Of a stretch of DNA of 37,210 nt, positions 1 to 8,381 are shown piece by piece (the first letter of the stretch is position 1; the number at the start of each line of letters is the position of its first letter). This DNA comes from a virus (taxonomy: Duplodnaviria > Caudoviricetes). The DNA lies in IMG/VR virus record IMGVR_UViG_3300032305_002169, positions 1 through 37,210 of that record. One strand, 5' to 3'. Below the pieces are notes generated by a model. That model searched no databases and was not told the DNA's origin. It saw nothing but the letters and a program-made list of their open reading frames with translations. The position numbers were made by a program, and so were the translations under genes.

Positions 1-351
1 ATAGACAAAACGCTTTAAATTAACCGGGCCGGCAACTCGCAAGCCCATTCTTCGAAACCGTTCACTTTCTGACCATTTCTGACGCACGATCGCTGCCCGC
101 TCTTTTATTTCTTCGGGAGTCGGATCGCCAGGCTGCCACTCATTGGATAGCTCCTGCTTAATCTTGCGTTTGTTTGCAAATTGCAAATTTTTGGCGGCAA
201 TACGAATCGCTTCGTCTGACACGTCAAAAAATGCAGCAAGCTCATCAATGGTCAAATTGTTTTTCCAAAGAGTTGCGAATAACTCCTTAGAAAAATTAGG
301 CTTCTTCGTGAGAATACTGCGAAACTTTTTTGTCTTCTGTATGCGCGTCAT
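1..351 (-). CDS. Hypothetical HTH-like protein (partial, runs off left edge)
   Basis: Manual translation from ATG at 351: MTRIQKTKK...LTIDELAAFFDVSDEAIRIAAK...DPTPEEIKERAAIVRQKWSE; open to position 1, so absent from ORF track. Confidence 0.7.
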   Translation of the reverse strand, partial: MTRIQKTKKFRSILTKKPNFSKELFATLWKNNLTIDELAAFFDVSDEAIRIAAKNLQFANKRKIKQELSNEWQPGDPTPEEIKERAAIVRQKWSESERFRRMGLRVAGPVNLKRFVY

Positions 352-365
352 GCTGTATTACAGTT

Positions 366-1118
366 TTAGGGTTTGAACGTTCCGTTGTTTTTGACAATGT
401 TCTGCATAATTGCAACCAGCCGGTCTTTGGGCTTCTTGTACTTGGTGTAGAACGCTTCGGACCGCGGGGTGAACTTGTCAACAATTTCGCCTGTTCCGTC
501 GTCCATACCGCTGAGAACTGCGCCGTGGTCACCTTCGAACGTCTGCTCAATAAGCTTAAGCTGCGCAACAGAAAAGAATTTGTTAAGGCCGTTAGAAAGT
601 TTCTCACTGGTTTCTTCAAGAAGCACGTTGGAAATATCGTCGCCGGCGTAACCCAAATTTTCAAGCGTCGTGTTATTGTTGTAAAGCGTGCAGCTCATAA
701 ACATACCGCCCAAGGCGCAGCATGAGCACTGCTGGATCTTGTTCTCGAGATACAGCTGGCGAACGTCCGCGTCGTCGCCTTCAATGGCGCTGATTTTGTT
801 AAACGCGTAATTGTAAGACCTGTAGAACTCTTCTGCCTCGCTCGCCGGCATCCAGCCTTTTACCTTCTCAACCATTACAAACGTGCCAGACTCAGGCTTG
901 ATCTTCTTAGCCTTGATCTGAGCAATCACGTCTTTGGCAATTAACACGCGCTTCTGAGTTGGGCTGGCTTTCTTAAAAATAGCCTCACGCTTAGCAATCT
1001 CGCGCTCAACTTGCTTGGCTAACAGCTCAGCCTTGGACGGCTTCACCCGTGTCGCCACTTTCCTGACTGCTTTCTTGCCCGCCCGCTTGGCTGGCTTCTT
1101 GCTCTTGACCTTGGACAT
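366..1118 (-). CDS. Hypothetical phage protein with basic N-terminus
   Basis: Long ORF; likely start MSKVKSKK at 1118 after GAGGAAG; CSCCALGG motif. Confidence 0.75.
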   Translation of the reverse strand: MSKVKSKKPAKRAGKKAVRKVATRVKPSKAELLAKQVEREIAKREAIFKKASPTQKRVLIAKDVIAQIKAKKIKPESGTFVMVEKVKGWMPASEAEEFYRSYNYAFNKISAIEGDDADVRQLYLENKIQQCSCCALGGMFMSCTLYNNNTTLENLGYAGDDISNVLLEETSEKLSNGLNKFFSVAQLKLIEQTFEGDHGAVLSGMDDGTGEIVDKFTPRSEAFYTKYKKPKDRLVAIMQNIVKNNGTFKP

Positions 1119-1578
1119 GAGAAACTTCCTCTGAATTGGAGTGTGCATCTGTCAAACCGAGTTCTGCCTTTTGCGAATTAATACGCTCGTCAATGAGAGC
1201 TAGCGCTTGCTCAACTGACGCTACTTCCAGGAACGGCAGAGTTTCCTGAAGGTGGACCCACTTGGTTGGGCCTACGCCGGCTACGTTGATTTCACCAGGC
1301 TCTCGATCAGCAAACATCTCGAGCTTGGAAATTTCCGTAGCCATTTCGCGGATGGGGAACACGATAATCCTGTTCGCCACGTCCGCAAAGAATGCTGTGC
1401 CAGTATTGCTGACGATTACCCAGCGAATAGGCTCTTCGCCAGAGTCGATGTATTGCGGCTCAGGAGCCATTGGCTGCGCGTCTAAGTCCCGTCCGTGGCA
1501 CACCTTGAACTTGGAGCCACTTCCACACGGGCAGGCCTCATTTCGGCCAATACGAATCCTATTGCGTTTTCTAGTCAT
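1027..1578 (-). CDS. SEC-C metal-binding motif protein
   Basis: N-terminal IGRNEACPCGSGSKFKVCHG is a SEC-C motif. Confidence 0.85.
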   Translation of the reverse strand: MTRKRNRIRIGRNEACPCGSGSKFKVCHGRDLDAQPMAPEPQYIDSGEEPIRWVIVSNTGTAFFADVANRIIVFPIREMATEISKLEMFADREPGEINVAGVGPTKWVHLQETLPFLEVASVEQALALIDERINSQKAELGLTDAHSNSEEVSHVQGQEQEASQAGGQESSQESGDTGEAVQG

Positions 1579-1852
1579 ATGTCTTAGCTTTCTTGCAGCG
1601 CGTACAACAAAACACGAAACGTACGGCTAGTCTAAGAACACTTTCCAAACTGGCAATACTGCCCAGAATGATAAGCTAGGCAAGATGGTTGGTAAGCTGG
1701 GTAAAGGGTGTTTGGAATCCGCGCGCTTTAATAACAGCTTAAGTCGTGTGCTGCTATCGGGTTAGGTCAAATTTCTTCTCTGTTTGTTATCAAAACAGTG
1801 CATATCTCTCTTACGAGAGAAGAAGGCATTTGAAGAAGAACTAACACAAAAG

Positions 1853-1883
1853 GGTTTGGAGGCGTTTCAAAACGCCGCCAAAC
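1853..1883. terminator. Stem-loop just 3' of array 1 (minus-strand sense); possible terminator or 3' stabiliser
   Basis: GTTTGG-a-GGCGTTT / AAACGCC-g-CCAAAC inverted repeat. Confidence 0.4.
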
Positions 1884-1899
1884 TCCCTAAGAGAAAATA

Positions 1900-2537
1900 G
1901 CCCTGCCCGGCCGCATGCCGCCAAACCAGACCCGACCCAGCCGAATCAAGACACACCGGACCCTACCCAGCCAAGATGTTTAAAAAAAAATAGCCATACC
2001 GTGCCAGACCGAACCACATAGTGCCAAACCGGACCATGCCTAGCCACGATGTTTTTGAAAATAAAGCCGTGCCTAACCCAAACGAACCACACTCAACCGC
2101 AAACCGCCTTGCCCTGATGTTTTTGAAATTAAAAGCCAAGCCATGCCACACCATACCGGACCGCGTCATACGCTACCTCACCCTGCCATGATGTTTTTAA
2201 AAAAATAGCCGTGCCGTACACTGACGAGCCGAACCGCACCTTGCCGTGCAAAGTTGTTTAAAAATTAAAGCCGCGCCCCGCCTAACCGTACCTTGCACAA
2301 TCCAACCCTAACCCGCCCTGCCATGTTGGTTTTGAAAAAATAGCCCTACCATGCCACACGCAACCTTACCGTGCGGAGCCGAGCCGGACCCAACGCCGCC
2401 GCGATAGTTTTTGAAAAATAGCCCTGCCGAGTCGAACCGGACCTCGCAATACCAGACCGTACCACGCCGTGTTTGTTTGAAATTAAAGCCGTGCCACGTC
2501 GTACCTTACGTCGCCGAGCCAGGCCTAACCTTGCCTT
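1900..2537 (-). repeat. GGY-NN pentamer repeat array 1 (9 units); putative VIPR-type guide RNA array, orphan
   Basis: On + strand each unit is (RCC-NN)n with n=15,11,10,11,9,11,12,10,10, separated by linkers like GATGTTTTTGAAAATAAA; phase kept throughout. Confidence 0.9.
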
Positions 2538-2539
2538 GG

Positions 2540-2992
2540 TTATTCTGGCAAAACGTCTACAACTTTAGACTGAACCTTCGGCCGCGCTCGATAGAACGCG
2601 TTCTGGATACTGGGCTCGAGTTGGATATGCACGTTGTAGACAGCTTCTGTATGCTTCTTGGCCATTTCAAAGAATTTAGCGCAAAGCTGGTCTTCAATAG
2701 CCTCGAGTGATTCTGGCGTGTTGTCGTACGTAGTCTCGTAGATCTTGGCTGCTTCTTCTGGGTAATCAAACCCAATGTCGTGGCTATCGGCGAAGCAACC
2801 CCAGATGCCGGTGTTTTTGTCGAGCATCCAGACTGTGAAGTTAGGCGCTATGTTGTTATAGATCACGCGAAAAGGCGCGCTAGTTGGCATCCAGAAGAAT
2901 CCGAACGCGACGTACTTTACGCGTTCCATATCTGAGATGTTTACGTCTTTAATGATTTTGTGAGACGGGACATCGATAATCGTCTTGATCAT
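2540..2992 (-). CDS. Hypothetical protein whose stop abuts array 1
   Basis: 150-aa ORF, GGAG RBS; stop codon 2 nt from first pentamer. Confidence 0.75.
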   Translation of the reverse strand: MIKTIIDVPSHKIIKDVNISDMERVKYVAFGFFWMPTSAPFRVIYNNIAPNFTVWMLDKNTGIWGCFADSHDIGFDYPEEAAKIYETTYDNTPESLEAIEDQLCAKFFEMAKKHTEAVYNVHIQLEPSIQNAFYRARPKVQSKVVDVLPE

Positions 2993-3001
2993 GTTGGCTC
3001 C

Positions 3002-3044
3002 AAAAAGAAAGGAGGGGCGGTAATATGGGTACTACCGCCCCTCC
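3002..3044 (-). terminator. Intrinsic terminator
   Basis: 12-bp stem GGAGGGGCGGTA/TACCGCCCCTCC followed by TTTCTTTTT on minus strand. Confidence 0.75.
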
Positions 3045-3074
3045 AAGAAATGACTTCACGCTATCGAACTAGAT

Positions 3075-3686
3075 TCAGTCGAACACCCGACGAATCTGGA
3101 GGTCTGTATCGACCGTGCGTTGGAACACGATCCGATACGACCCAGGACCAAGAATCCAGTCACCGTGCTCCGGGTGCGAAATCTTGGTTTCTTTGGTCAG
3201 ATTGAAAATTGGACCGCAGAAACCAAGCACGTTGGCAATCTCGTCAGACACGCGGCGAGATCCCGAACTCCAGTTTCTTGCCTGGTCTTCGGTTTCACCA
3301 GTTAACGCCCGAGAGAACTTGGCCATCTCTTTTTCGAGTGTTGCCACGCTGTCCCGAATAGCCTGAAAGTCTTCAGCCTGTTCAGGGGCAACTTCCTTGA
3401 TGTTAAGCGCATAGACAGTGACACCGTCTGCGTGCTCGAGCATGTGCCGGCTGCCCTTGGTGTTACCCGGGGCGAGCTGGTATGGAAATTTCGGGTTATC
3501 GAGCTTTCTGTAAAACACCGGCGTAGCGGTCACGTCGGCGATCTTTTGGATATACACGTCGCCCTGGCGAACAGTGTCGCCAAGGCTAGCGGCTTCGGGG
3601 AACCGCTGATCCTGGTCATTCAGAACACGCTCGACCGCCTCGTCGACGTTCTTGAGCGCGCGTTCAATAGTCAAAGTAGCTGACAT
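3075..3686 (-). CDS. Conserved hypothetical protein (RQGDV...HPEH family, usual partner of DUF6745)
   Basis: Motifs VRQGDVYI, GNTKGSRH, HPEHGDWILGPGSYRIVFQR. Confidence 0.7.
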   Translation of the reverse strand: MSATLTIERALKNVDEAVERVLNDQDQRFPEAASLGDTVRQGDVYIQKIADVTATPVFYRKLDNPKFPYQLAPGNTKGSRHMLEHADGVTVYALNIKEVAPEQAEDFQAIRDSVATLEKEMAKFSRALTGETEDQARNWSSGSRRVSDEIANVLGFCGPIFNLTKETKISHPEHGDWILGPGSYRIVFQRTVDTDLQIRRVFD

Positions 3687-3720
3687 GCAAAAACCCTCAC
3701 GTAGAAAAAAAAGAAATCAC

Positions 3721-5124
3721 TCAGGACGCACCGACAATATTGAGCGGATACTGCGCGTAATTCAGATATTCGCTTGTCGCACCGTTGGCGAGCCATTGTT
3801 GTGCTTCTGCGCACGTTTTAATTCTTGTAGGCGGGTACAGCCGGTCACGCTCCCGCTGATCCATCCAGCCGCGGGGCATTTTTGGATTTGGGATTTCTCG
3901 TGGAATTGCGATAAAGTACTTTCGGCCAGTTGACCGGCACGAAAGCACCATACGCAACGGCTCCGACCGCCAAGCTGCTGTTTTATTCTCAGGCGGATTA
4001 ATGAGCACCTCGAACGTGTTGTCGACCCAGTTCTCTCTAGAATCTGCAATCTTGGCGCCAATAGCGGTCAGATAGCTATTCCAGCCCATGCGGTCGATAG
4101 CAATGCGGCGTTCTTCCTCATTGCGAATCGTTTCGATATCTTCTTTGGTCAACGATGCTGGAGCCATGACGATCTTCTCGCCTTGCTGCGCAAGATGGTG
4201 GCCGTCGATGTACCAGAGCTTTTTGCCGTCAGCCCATTCGACTGCCGGGCCTTCGTCGTTGTGGAGGCTGTTCTCTTCTGTGACAAAGAACTTGGGTTTC
4301 TCAGTCAGTAAGAGCACAGCGTTATTGAACTGCATGAACGCCGGCACGTAATGGAAAATTTCATACGACCAGATGACAGCCGGGTCTTTGCAGCCAAGCG
4401 CCTTGCAGATGATCTCAGTCTGCATGGCGTCGTACTGATGGTTTTTGGGATGAGCTAATCCACGCAGAATGTCAGACGGTTGTTCTGACACAGCCTCGTG
4501 AATCGACATGATTGCCTGCGACACATGCTGCTGCGAACCGTTGAAGTTCAACCGCCAGGTCATGTGGTCGTGAGTTTTAACCTCGTCTGGAACTGGCGTA
4601 TTTGAATAATCCGGCCTAGGCAGAATAAAGTTGTACAGACTACGCAAATCTGACAACTGCACTTGCGCCGTCGCTCTAGGCATATTTGTGATAAGCGGGT
4701 CGACAATTTCTCCCAAAGCCATCCGAGCCGATATTGCTTTATCGGTAGTGGCGTCTTGAAACGATTTCGTCATGAGCTGCTGCACAGACTTGCACAGCAG
4801 ATTTGTGGTCTCGTTTCTGTGCCACGGCCGTGCAAACGTCAGTCGACTCGGAGCGCCAATTCTGCGCAATGGCGAAATAAAGTCAGCGCCAATACCTAGA
4901 TTTGTTGCAAGCTCCACGCCGGCTTTCTTGGACATTCTGCCACGCAGAACAGCCTGCGCGATGTAGAACTCGACTGGCGTCCTGGCTTTGAATACCGAGA
5001 TAGTACTATTTGCTTTCTTGAGCAGCTTGATGGCACCCTCTACGTCTGGTGGCGCTTCGCTCATGATCGTTTCTCGCCAACGGGCCGTCACATCCTTGAC
5101 GATCTTGTTAAACCTCTTGCTCAT
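3721..5124 (-). CDS. DUF6745-like protein
   Basis: LHNDEGPAVEWADGKKLWYIDG and NEEERRIAIDRMGW..YL motifs; start moved to MSKRF at 5124. Confidence 0.7.
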   Translation of the reverse strand: MSKRFNKIVKDVTARWRETIMSEAPPDVEGAIKLLKKANSTISVFKARTPVEFYIAQAVLRGRMSKKAGVELATNLGIGADFISPLRRIGAPSRLTFARPWHRNETTNLLCKSVQQLMTKSFQDATTDKAISARMALGEIVDPLITNMPRATAQVQLSDLRSLYNFILPRPDYSNTPVPDEVKTHDHMTWRLNFNGSQQHVSQAIMSIHEAVSEQPSDILRGLAHPKNHQYDAMQTEIICKALGCKDPAVIWSYEIFHYVPAFMQFNNAVLLLTEKPKFFVTEENSLHNDEGPAVEWADGKKLWYIDGHHLAQQGEKIVMAPASLTKEDIETIRNEEERRIAIDRMGWNSYLTAIGAKIADSRENWVDNTFEVLINPPENKTAAWRSEPLRMVLSCRSTGRKYFIAIPREIPNPKMPRGWMDQRERDRLYPPTRIKTCAEAQQWLANGATSEYLNYAQYPLNIVGAS

Positions 5125-5350
5125 CTTGCTTGTCCTTTCCGGAAACAAAAGAAATAATGCCATCACGTTCTAGGTCTTTTAGAAGCGGCTCGATTTTCTG
5201 GATATGCGCGCACAGCATATTGATCCATTTCACGAGCTCGTCAGCCGGCTTGTCAGAGAGTTGCTCCATGAGCTCAGTCTCTGTCAGGTGCTCAATTTCT
5301 ACGTTTACCCACTCGTCATTGCGCTTTACGCGCAGGTATGCGCCTGTCAT
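5108..5350 (-). CDS. Hypothetical protein
   Basis: 80-aa ORF packed in operon. Confidence 0.7.
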   Translation of the reverse strand: MTGAYLRVKRNDEWVNVEIEHLTETELMEQLSDKPADELVKWINMLCAHIQKIEPLLKDLERDGIISFVSGKDKQDEQEV

Positions 5351-5743
5351 TCAGTACTCGCTTGGTAGGAGGATGGTGTAATTCATGCCATCACCTACTG
5401 GCATGCAGTAAAGAGACAACGTATCCAGATCGAAATCTGTGTAGGTGATTTCTTGCTCAATAGCCGGCGGAATACCGCTGTCTTCCACGCAGGTTAGTCT
5501 GGCTGACTTGTCTGGCCGCACCTCGAGCTGCCAGAACTGCGCGTCTTTAAATCTCGGGTTTTTCTGTAACTGTGGTTGATGTGAGGCAATCGCGTCCATA
5601 AGCCAATACGCCCCAGCACTTCCGCCATGCTCCGCGACATATTTCGCACCGTCTGTCAGTAACATCCGCGGAAACAGGACAGACCAGCGGTGCCAGGTCT
5701 CTGTGCCGGTAAACCCGGATAAGTCGCTTTTGTTTAAACTCAC
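5351..5743 (-). CDS. DUF6876-like protein
   Basis: FTGTETWHR...LLTDGAKYVAE...AYWLMDAIAS...YTDF...TILLPSEY; GTG start after GAGGAG. Confidence 0.75.
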   Translation of the reverse strand: MSLNKSDLSGFTGTETWHRWSVLFPRMLLTDGAKYVAEHGGSAGAYWLMDAIASHQPQLQKNPRFKDAQFWQLEVRPDKSARLTCVEDSGIPPAIEQEITYTDFDLDTLSLYCMPVGDGMNYTILLPSEY

Positions 5744-5952
5744 GTTCGCTCCTCGATCGTTTGACAAGTGGCGTTGGCGGCGTCCTTAATCGCTTTCTCC
5801 AACGTCGCCGTAAGAGCATGTATCGCATCGACGATTCTGTCGGCAGCATTGTTGGTTACCTCCTTGAATTGCGTTAACTCGCTATCGACACTGTCTACAG
5901 AATCGCCGAGCCGTACTAGCGCGTCTATTTCTGTGTGTATAGGTCTGGGCAT
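5740..5952 (-). CDS. Small coiled-coil hypothetical protein
   Basis: AAGGA RBS; stop overlaps next start. Confidence 0.65.
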   Translation of the reverse strand: MPRPIHTEIDALVRLGDSVDSVDSELTQFKEVTNNAADRIVDAIHALTATLEKAIKDAANATCQTIEERT

Positions 5953-5955
5953 GTA

Positions 5956-6288
5956 TTATTCCTTATTGGTTTTAGGCGGAGCTGCGCGCCGCCATTTGGT
6001 TGTTTGCAGATCTGTTACTGGAATCCATCCGCCTGGCATAAAAAAGTCGGGCATAAAAAAACCGTTTTCGTCAGTTAGTGCGATTTTGTCGCCCTGCACT
6101 TGACCGAGCGCCCAACCGGCGTCACGGAATAAAACGGGATTAGCTGGTTGCCAAACTTCAATCCATGCGTCGGCTAATTCAAATTTTTTGACGTCAATTT
6201 CTCTGTTAATAACGGCACTTGCTGTATTACTGAGAGAGACGCTAAGCACAAAGACGCAAATCATAAATTTGAAAGCGTGAGTAAACAT
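5956..6288 (-). CDS. Hypothetical protein with possible signal peptide
   Basis: TAATG-coupled start; hydrophobic N-terminus ending ASA. Confidence 0.6.
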   Translation of the reverse strand: MFTHAFKFMICVFVLSVSLSNTASAVINREIDVKKFELADAWIEVWQPANPVLFRDAGWALGQVQGDKIALTDENGFFMPDFFMPGGWIPVTDLQTTKWRRAAPPKTNKE

Positions 6289-6671
6289 TAGTTGTCCTTT
6301 GGGTGACATTTGTCACAACGTGTAGTAAGCCATCCACCGCCTCTAAGTTTTCCGGGCGAGCCGCAAAGCTCGCATGTTTCTCCGCTCATGGCCTCAGCCA
6401 TGGCGATAATTCCCGCTGTATACGCGTCTCCGCCATCAGAATAAATACGCAGCGTGCCGTACTTTTCTTTAATTTGCGTAAACAGAAACGTGTTTTTGCC
6501 GTCATGTTTTTCGTTTGTAGCTATTAAACTGCAGGCTACGTTTATAATGTTGAACCAGCCGTCGCTGCACTCGCAGCCAAATGACATGAGATTCTCAGTG
6601 ATTAGCATATCTTTGCCGCGGAACAGGCTTGGGTATCGCTCTGTCAGGCGTGTTTCAAGTTCTATGTTCAT
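6288..6671 (-). CDS. Conserved phage hypothetical protein (QIKEKYGTLR / CxxC family)
   Basis: Motifs ECSDGW, QIKEKYGTLRIY, TCELCGSPG, TRCDKC. Confidence 0.8.
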   Translation of the reverse strand: MNIELETRLTERYPSLFRGKDMLITENLMSFGCECSDGWFNIINVACSLIATNEKHDGKNTFLFTQIKEKYGTLRIYSDGGDAYTAGIIAMAEAMSGETCELCGSPGKLRGGGWLTTRCDKCHPKDN

Positions 6672-6910
6672 TTTGTCCTTTCAAGTAAGTTACGAAGCGT
6701 TTCTGTAACTTTGTCGTATTTAGAATCCGCCGTGAGGCGACTATAAGCCAATGAAAGCGCCTCCCGCTCCTCGTCGGTGAGCCGAAGGCGCTCAATCTCG
6801 TCTCGGCAGTCGATCAGCAGTTCACGCACCTTTTCATGCTGCATCAACTCGGGGTTGTAAAGACCGCCGTGCAGCACATATTCCGTTATCCTGTCGAATA
6901 GGTCGCTCAT
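6668..6910 (-). CDS. Small protein, LTDEERE...TLRNLLER family
   Basis: C-terminal module shared with neighbours; ATGA coupling. Confidence 0.75.
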   Translation of the reverse strand: MSDLFDRITEYVLHGGLYNPELMQHEKVRELLIDCRDEIERLRLTDEEREALSLAYSRLTADSKYDKVTETLRNLLERTK

Positions 6911-7218
6911 CGCGATCCTCCACGCCTCTCCAAAAGCGATTCAAGCGTGTCAACGACATCCGGTTCTTGCATCGCGTCAATCCATGTTATTGCTATGCGC
7001 ACAGCCTCCCGCTCTTCGTCGGTGAGCGTGGGCCTTGCCGCTACCGAAAAGAGCAGATCGCATCGCGGACAACTTGCCGTATCCAGCCCGCTGCTGGCTT
7101 CGATCATTCTTTGATTGTGAGTTTCTTCGCACTCTGCGCACGCCTCAAAGTGCCTTGGATGAGTTTTCTCATGCGGTTTGCCGCAGTAAATGCAGTCTTT
7201 GCTTGGCCCTGTTTTCAT
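6907..7218 (-). CDS. Small Zn-finger-like protein, LTDEERE family
   Basis: Three CxxC motifs plus shared C-terminal module. Confidence 0.7.
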   Translation of the reverse strand: MKTGPSKDCIYCGKPHEKTHPRHFEACAECEETHNQRMIEASSGLDTASCPRCDLLFSVAARPTLTDEEREAVRIAITWIDAMQEPDVVDTLESLLERRGGSR

Positions 7219-7616
7219 TTCAGTCTCTCCAGCAGGTTGCGGAGCGTGGCGACGTATTCTCCATCGTCAAAGCTGTTTAGCGGTTTTCGCACTTCCTCAA
7301 ACCACTCAAGCGCCGCCAGCTCCTTGTCGGTAAGCGGGAGGTGCGCGTAAAGTGGAGCAAAACTCCAGCCCCAATTATTAGCGGCGGCTTGGGCTTGCTC
7401 CCGCATCGAATAGATCGCCGAACTATCGCTGCCATCGGTGGCGAAGGCAATCCACGCTACTGGCTCTGATGTATTTGCCAGTGCCGAACCGCCCCCCCAC
7501 TCCGGCCGCACCCTGACGAGCAGCGACCGCAGGATGCCGTAATCGTCCATACTGGCGATGCGGCCCTCCTCAACGACGTATTCCAGAGCGTCGATTTCGG
7601 CTTCAGATAACATCAT
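7215..7616 (-). CDS. Small protein, LTDEERE family
   Basis: EPVAW motif; C-terminal LTDKELAAL...TLRNLLERLK. Confidence 0.7.
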   Translation of the reverse strand: MMLSEAEIDALEYVVEEGRIASMDDYGILRSLLVRVRPEWGGGSALANTSEPVAWIAFATDGSDSSAIYSMREQAQAAANNWGWSFAPLYAHLPLTDKELAALEWFEEVRKPLNSFDDGEYVATLRNLLERLK

Positions 7617-8055
7617 CGCACTCCCATAATTCCATTGGAGGAGCCTGCACAGCGGTCATTTCCCGCACCGCCGACGCGACAGCGAATTGCCGTGCCTGCA
7701 TCATGTCTATCACCCTGCGTAACTGCACAACCTTCCCGCGAAGATCGGCAACTTCGGCTTGCGACGGTGGGCCATCTGTCTTCACGCATGGTGGAGCAGT
7801 CTGCGTATTGCCGGTGCCCATAGCGGGTAGCGTAACGGGTTTATCAGTCCCGCCGCATCCGCCCCCATTCCCCCGTGGAACGGAGGATTCAGATGGATAG
7901 GCTATCGCTTCCGGCACAGCGTCATGATTTGTTCGCTCCCGCTCTCGGAGCATGGCGTCGGCCATTTCATAACATGATTTTGCAATTTGTTCATAGCCGA
8001 GAACGCCCATCCCGCGAGTTAGGGCCGCCGCGGCAAAGTAGTCACGGTCAATCAT
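7603..8055 (-). CDS. Hypothetical phage protein (RDYFAAAAL...Y.MADAML family)
   Basis: N-terminal motif common in phage small proteins; ATGA coupling. Confidence 0.7.
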   Translation of the reverse strand: MIDRDYFAAAALTRGMGVLGYEQIAKSCYEMADAMLRERERTNHDAVPEAIAYPSESSVPRGNGGGCGGTDKPVTLPAMGTGNTQTAPPCVKTDGPPSQAEVADLRGKVVQLRRVIDMMQARQFAVASAVREMTAVQAPPMELWECDDVI

Positions 8056-8381
8056 TTTGTCCTTTCAAGTAAATTACGGAGCGTTGCTGCAGTTTCGGCG
8101 CACGATCCAACGCTTTTTCGCGGCTCCAGCAAACTGTAGGCCCACTTTATTGCTTTACGCTCTTCGTCGGTAAGCGTGGCGTCTAGCGTCACCGTTACGC
8201 CACCACCTTGCACAGACAGCGTGGCGTCCTGATCAGCTAGCCGGCGGATAGCCTCGCGCAATCGTTCAATCTCTACTGCCGCTTCTTCAAAAAGATTGCC
8301 GCTGTGCGCAAGGTGAAGTCCGCGCCAATTTTTCAAACGAGAAACGATGTCGCCCTCGTATGCAGCTCTGTCAACTGGCAT
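8052..8381 (-). CDS. Small protein, LTDEERE family
   Basis: DIVSRLK...EAAVEIERLR; C-terminal LTDEERKAI...TLRNLLERTK. Confidence 0.75.
   Translation of the reverse strand: MPVDRAAYEGDIVSRLKNWRGLHLAHSGNLFEEAAVEIERLREAIRRLADQDATLSVQGGGVTVTLDATLTDEERKAIKWAYSLLEPRKSVGSCAETAATLRNLLERTK

Noticed and set aside
1631-1650. TCTAAGaacaCTTTCCAAAC resembles the joined NN string of one array-2 unit (TCTAAGCTTTCCAAAC), a possible self-target
   Set aside because: Needs a 4-nt insertion and contiguous pairing, which conflicts with the gapped model; 10-nt matches are expected by chance.
1963-2169. 68-aa ORF rich in G/W/R/A inside array 1 (also + strand 2411-2710)
   Set aside because: Artefact of translating GGY-NN pentamers; no RBS, and the 5-nt period does not fit codon selection.
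1900-2537. Canonical CRISPR array or simple microsatellite
   Set aside because: Linkers are short and degenerate, the would-be spacers are internally periodic, and no cas1/cas2 is present. NN varies freely, unlike slippage repeats.
6668-8381. Diversity-generating retroelement TR/VR pair
   Set aside because: No reverse transcriptase in the window; repeats are short and differences are not adenine-specific.
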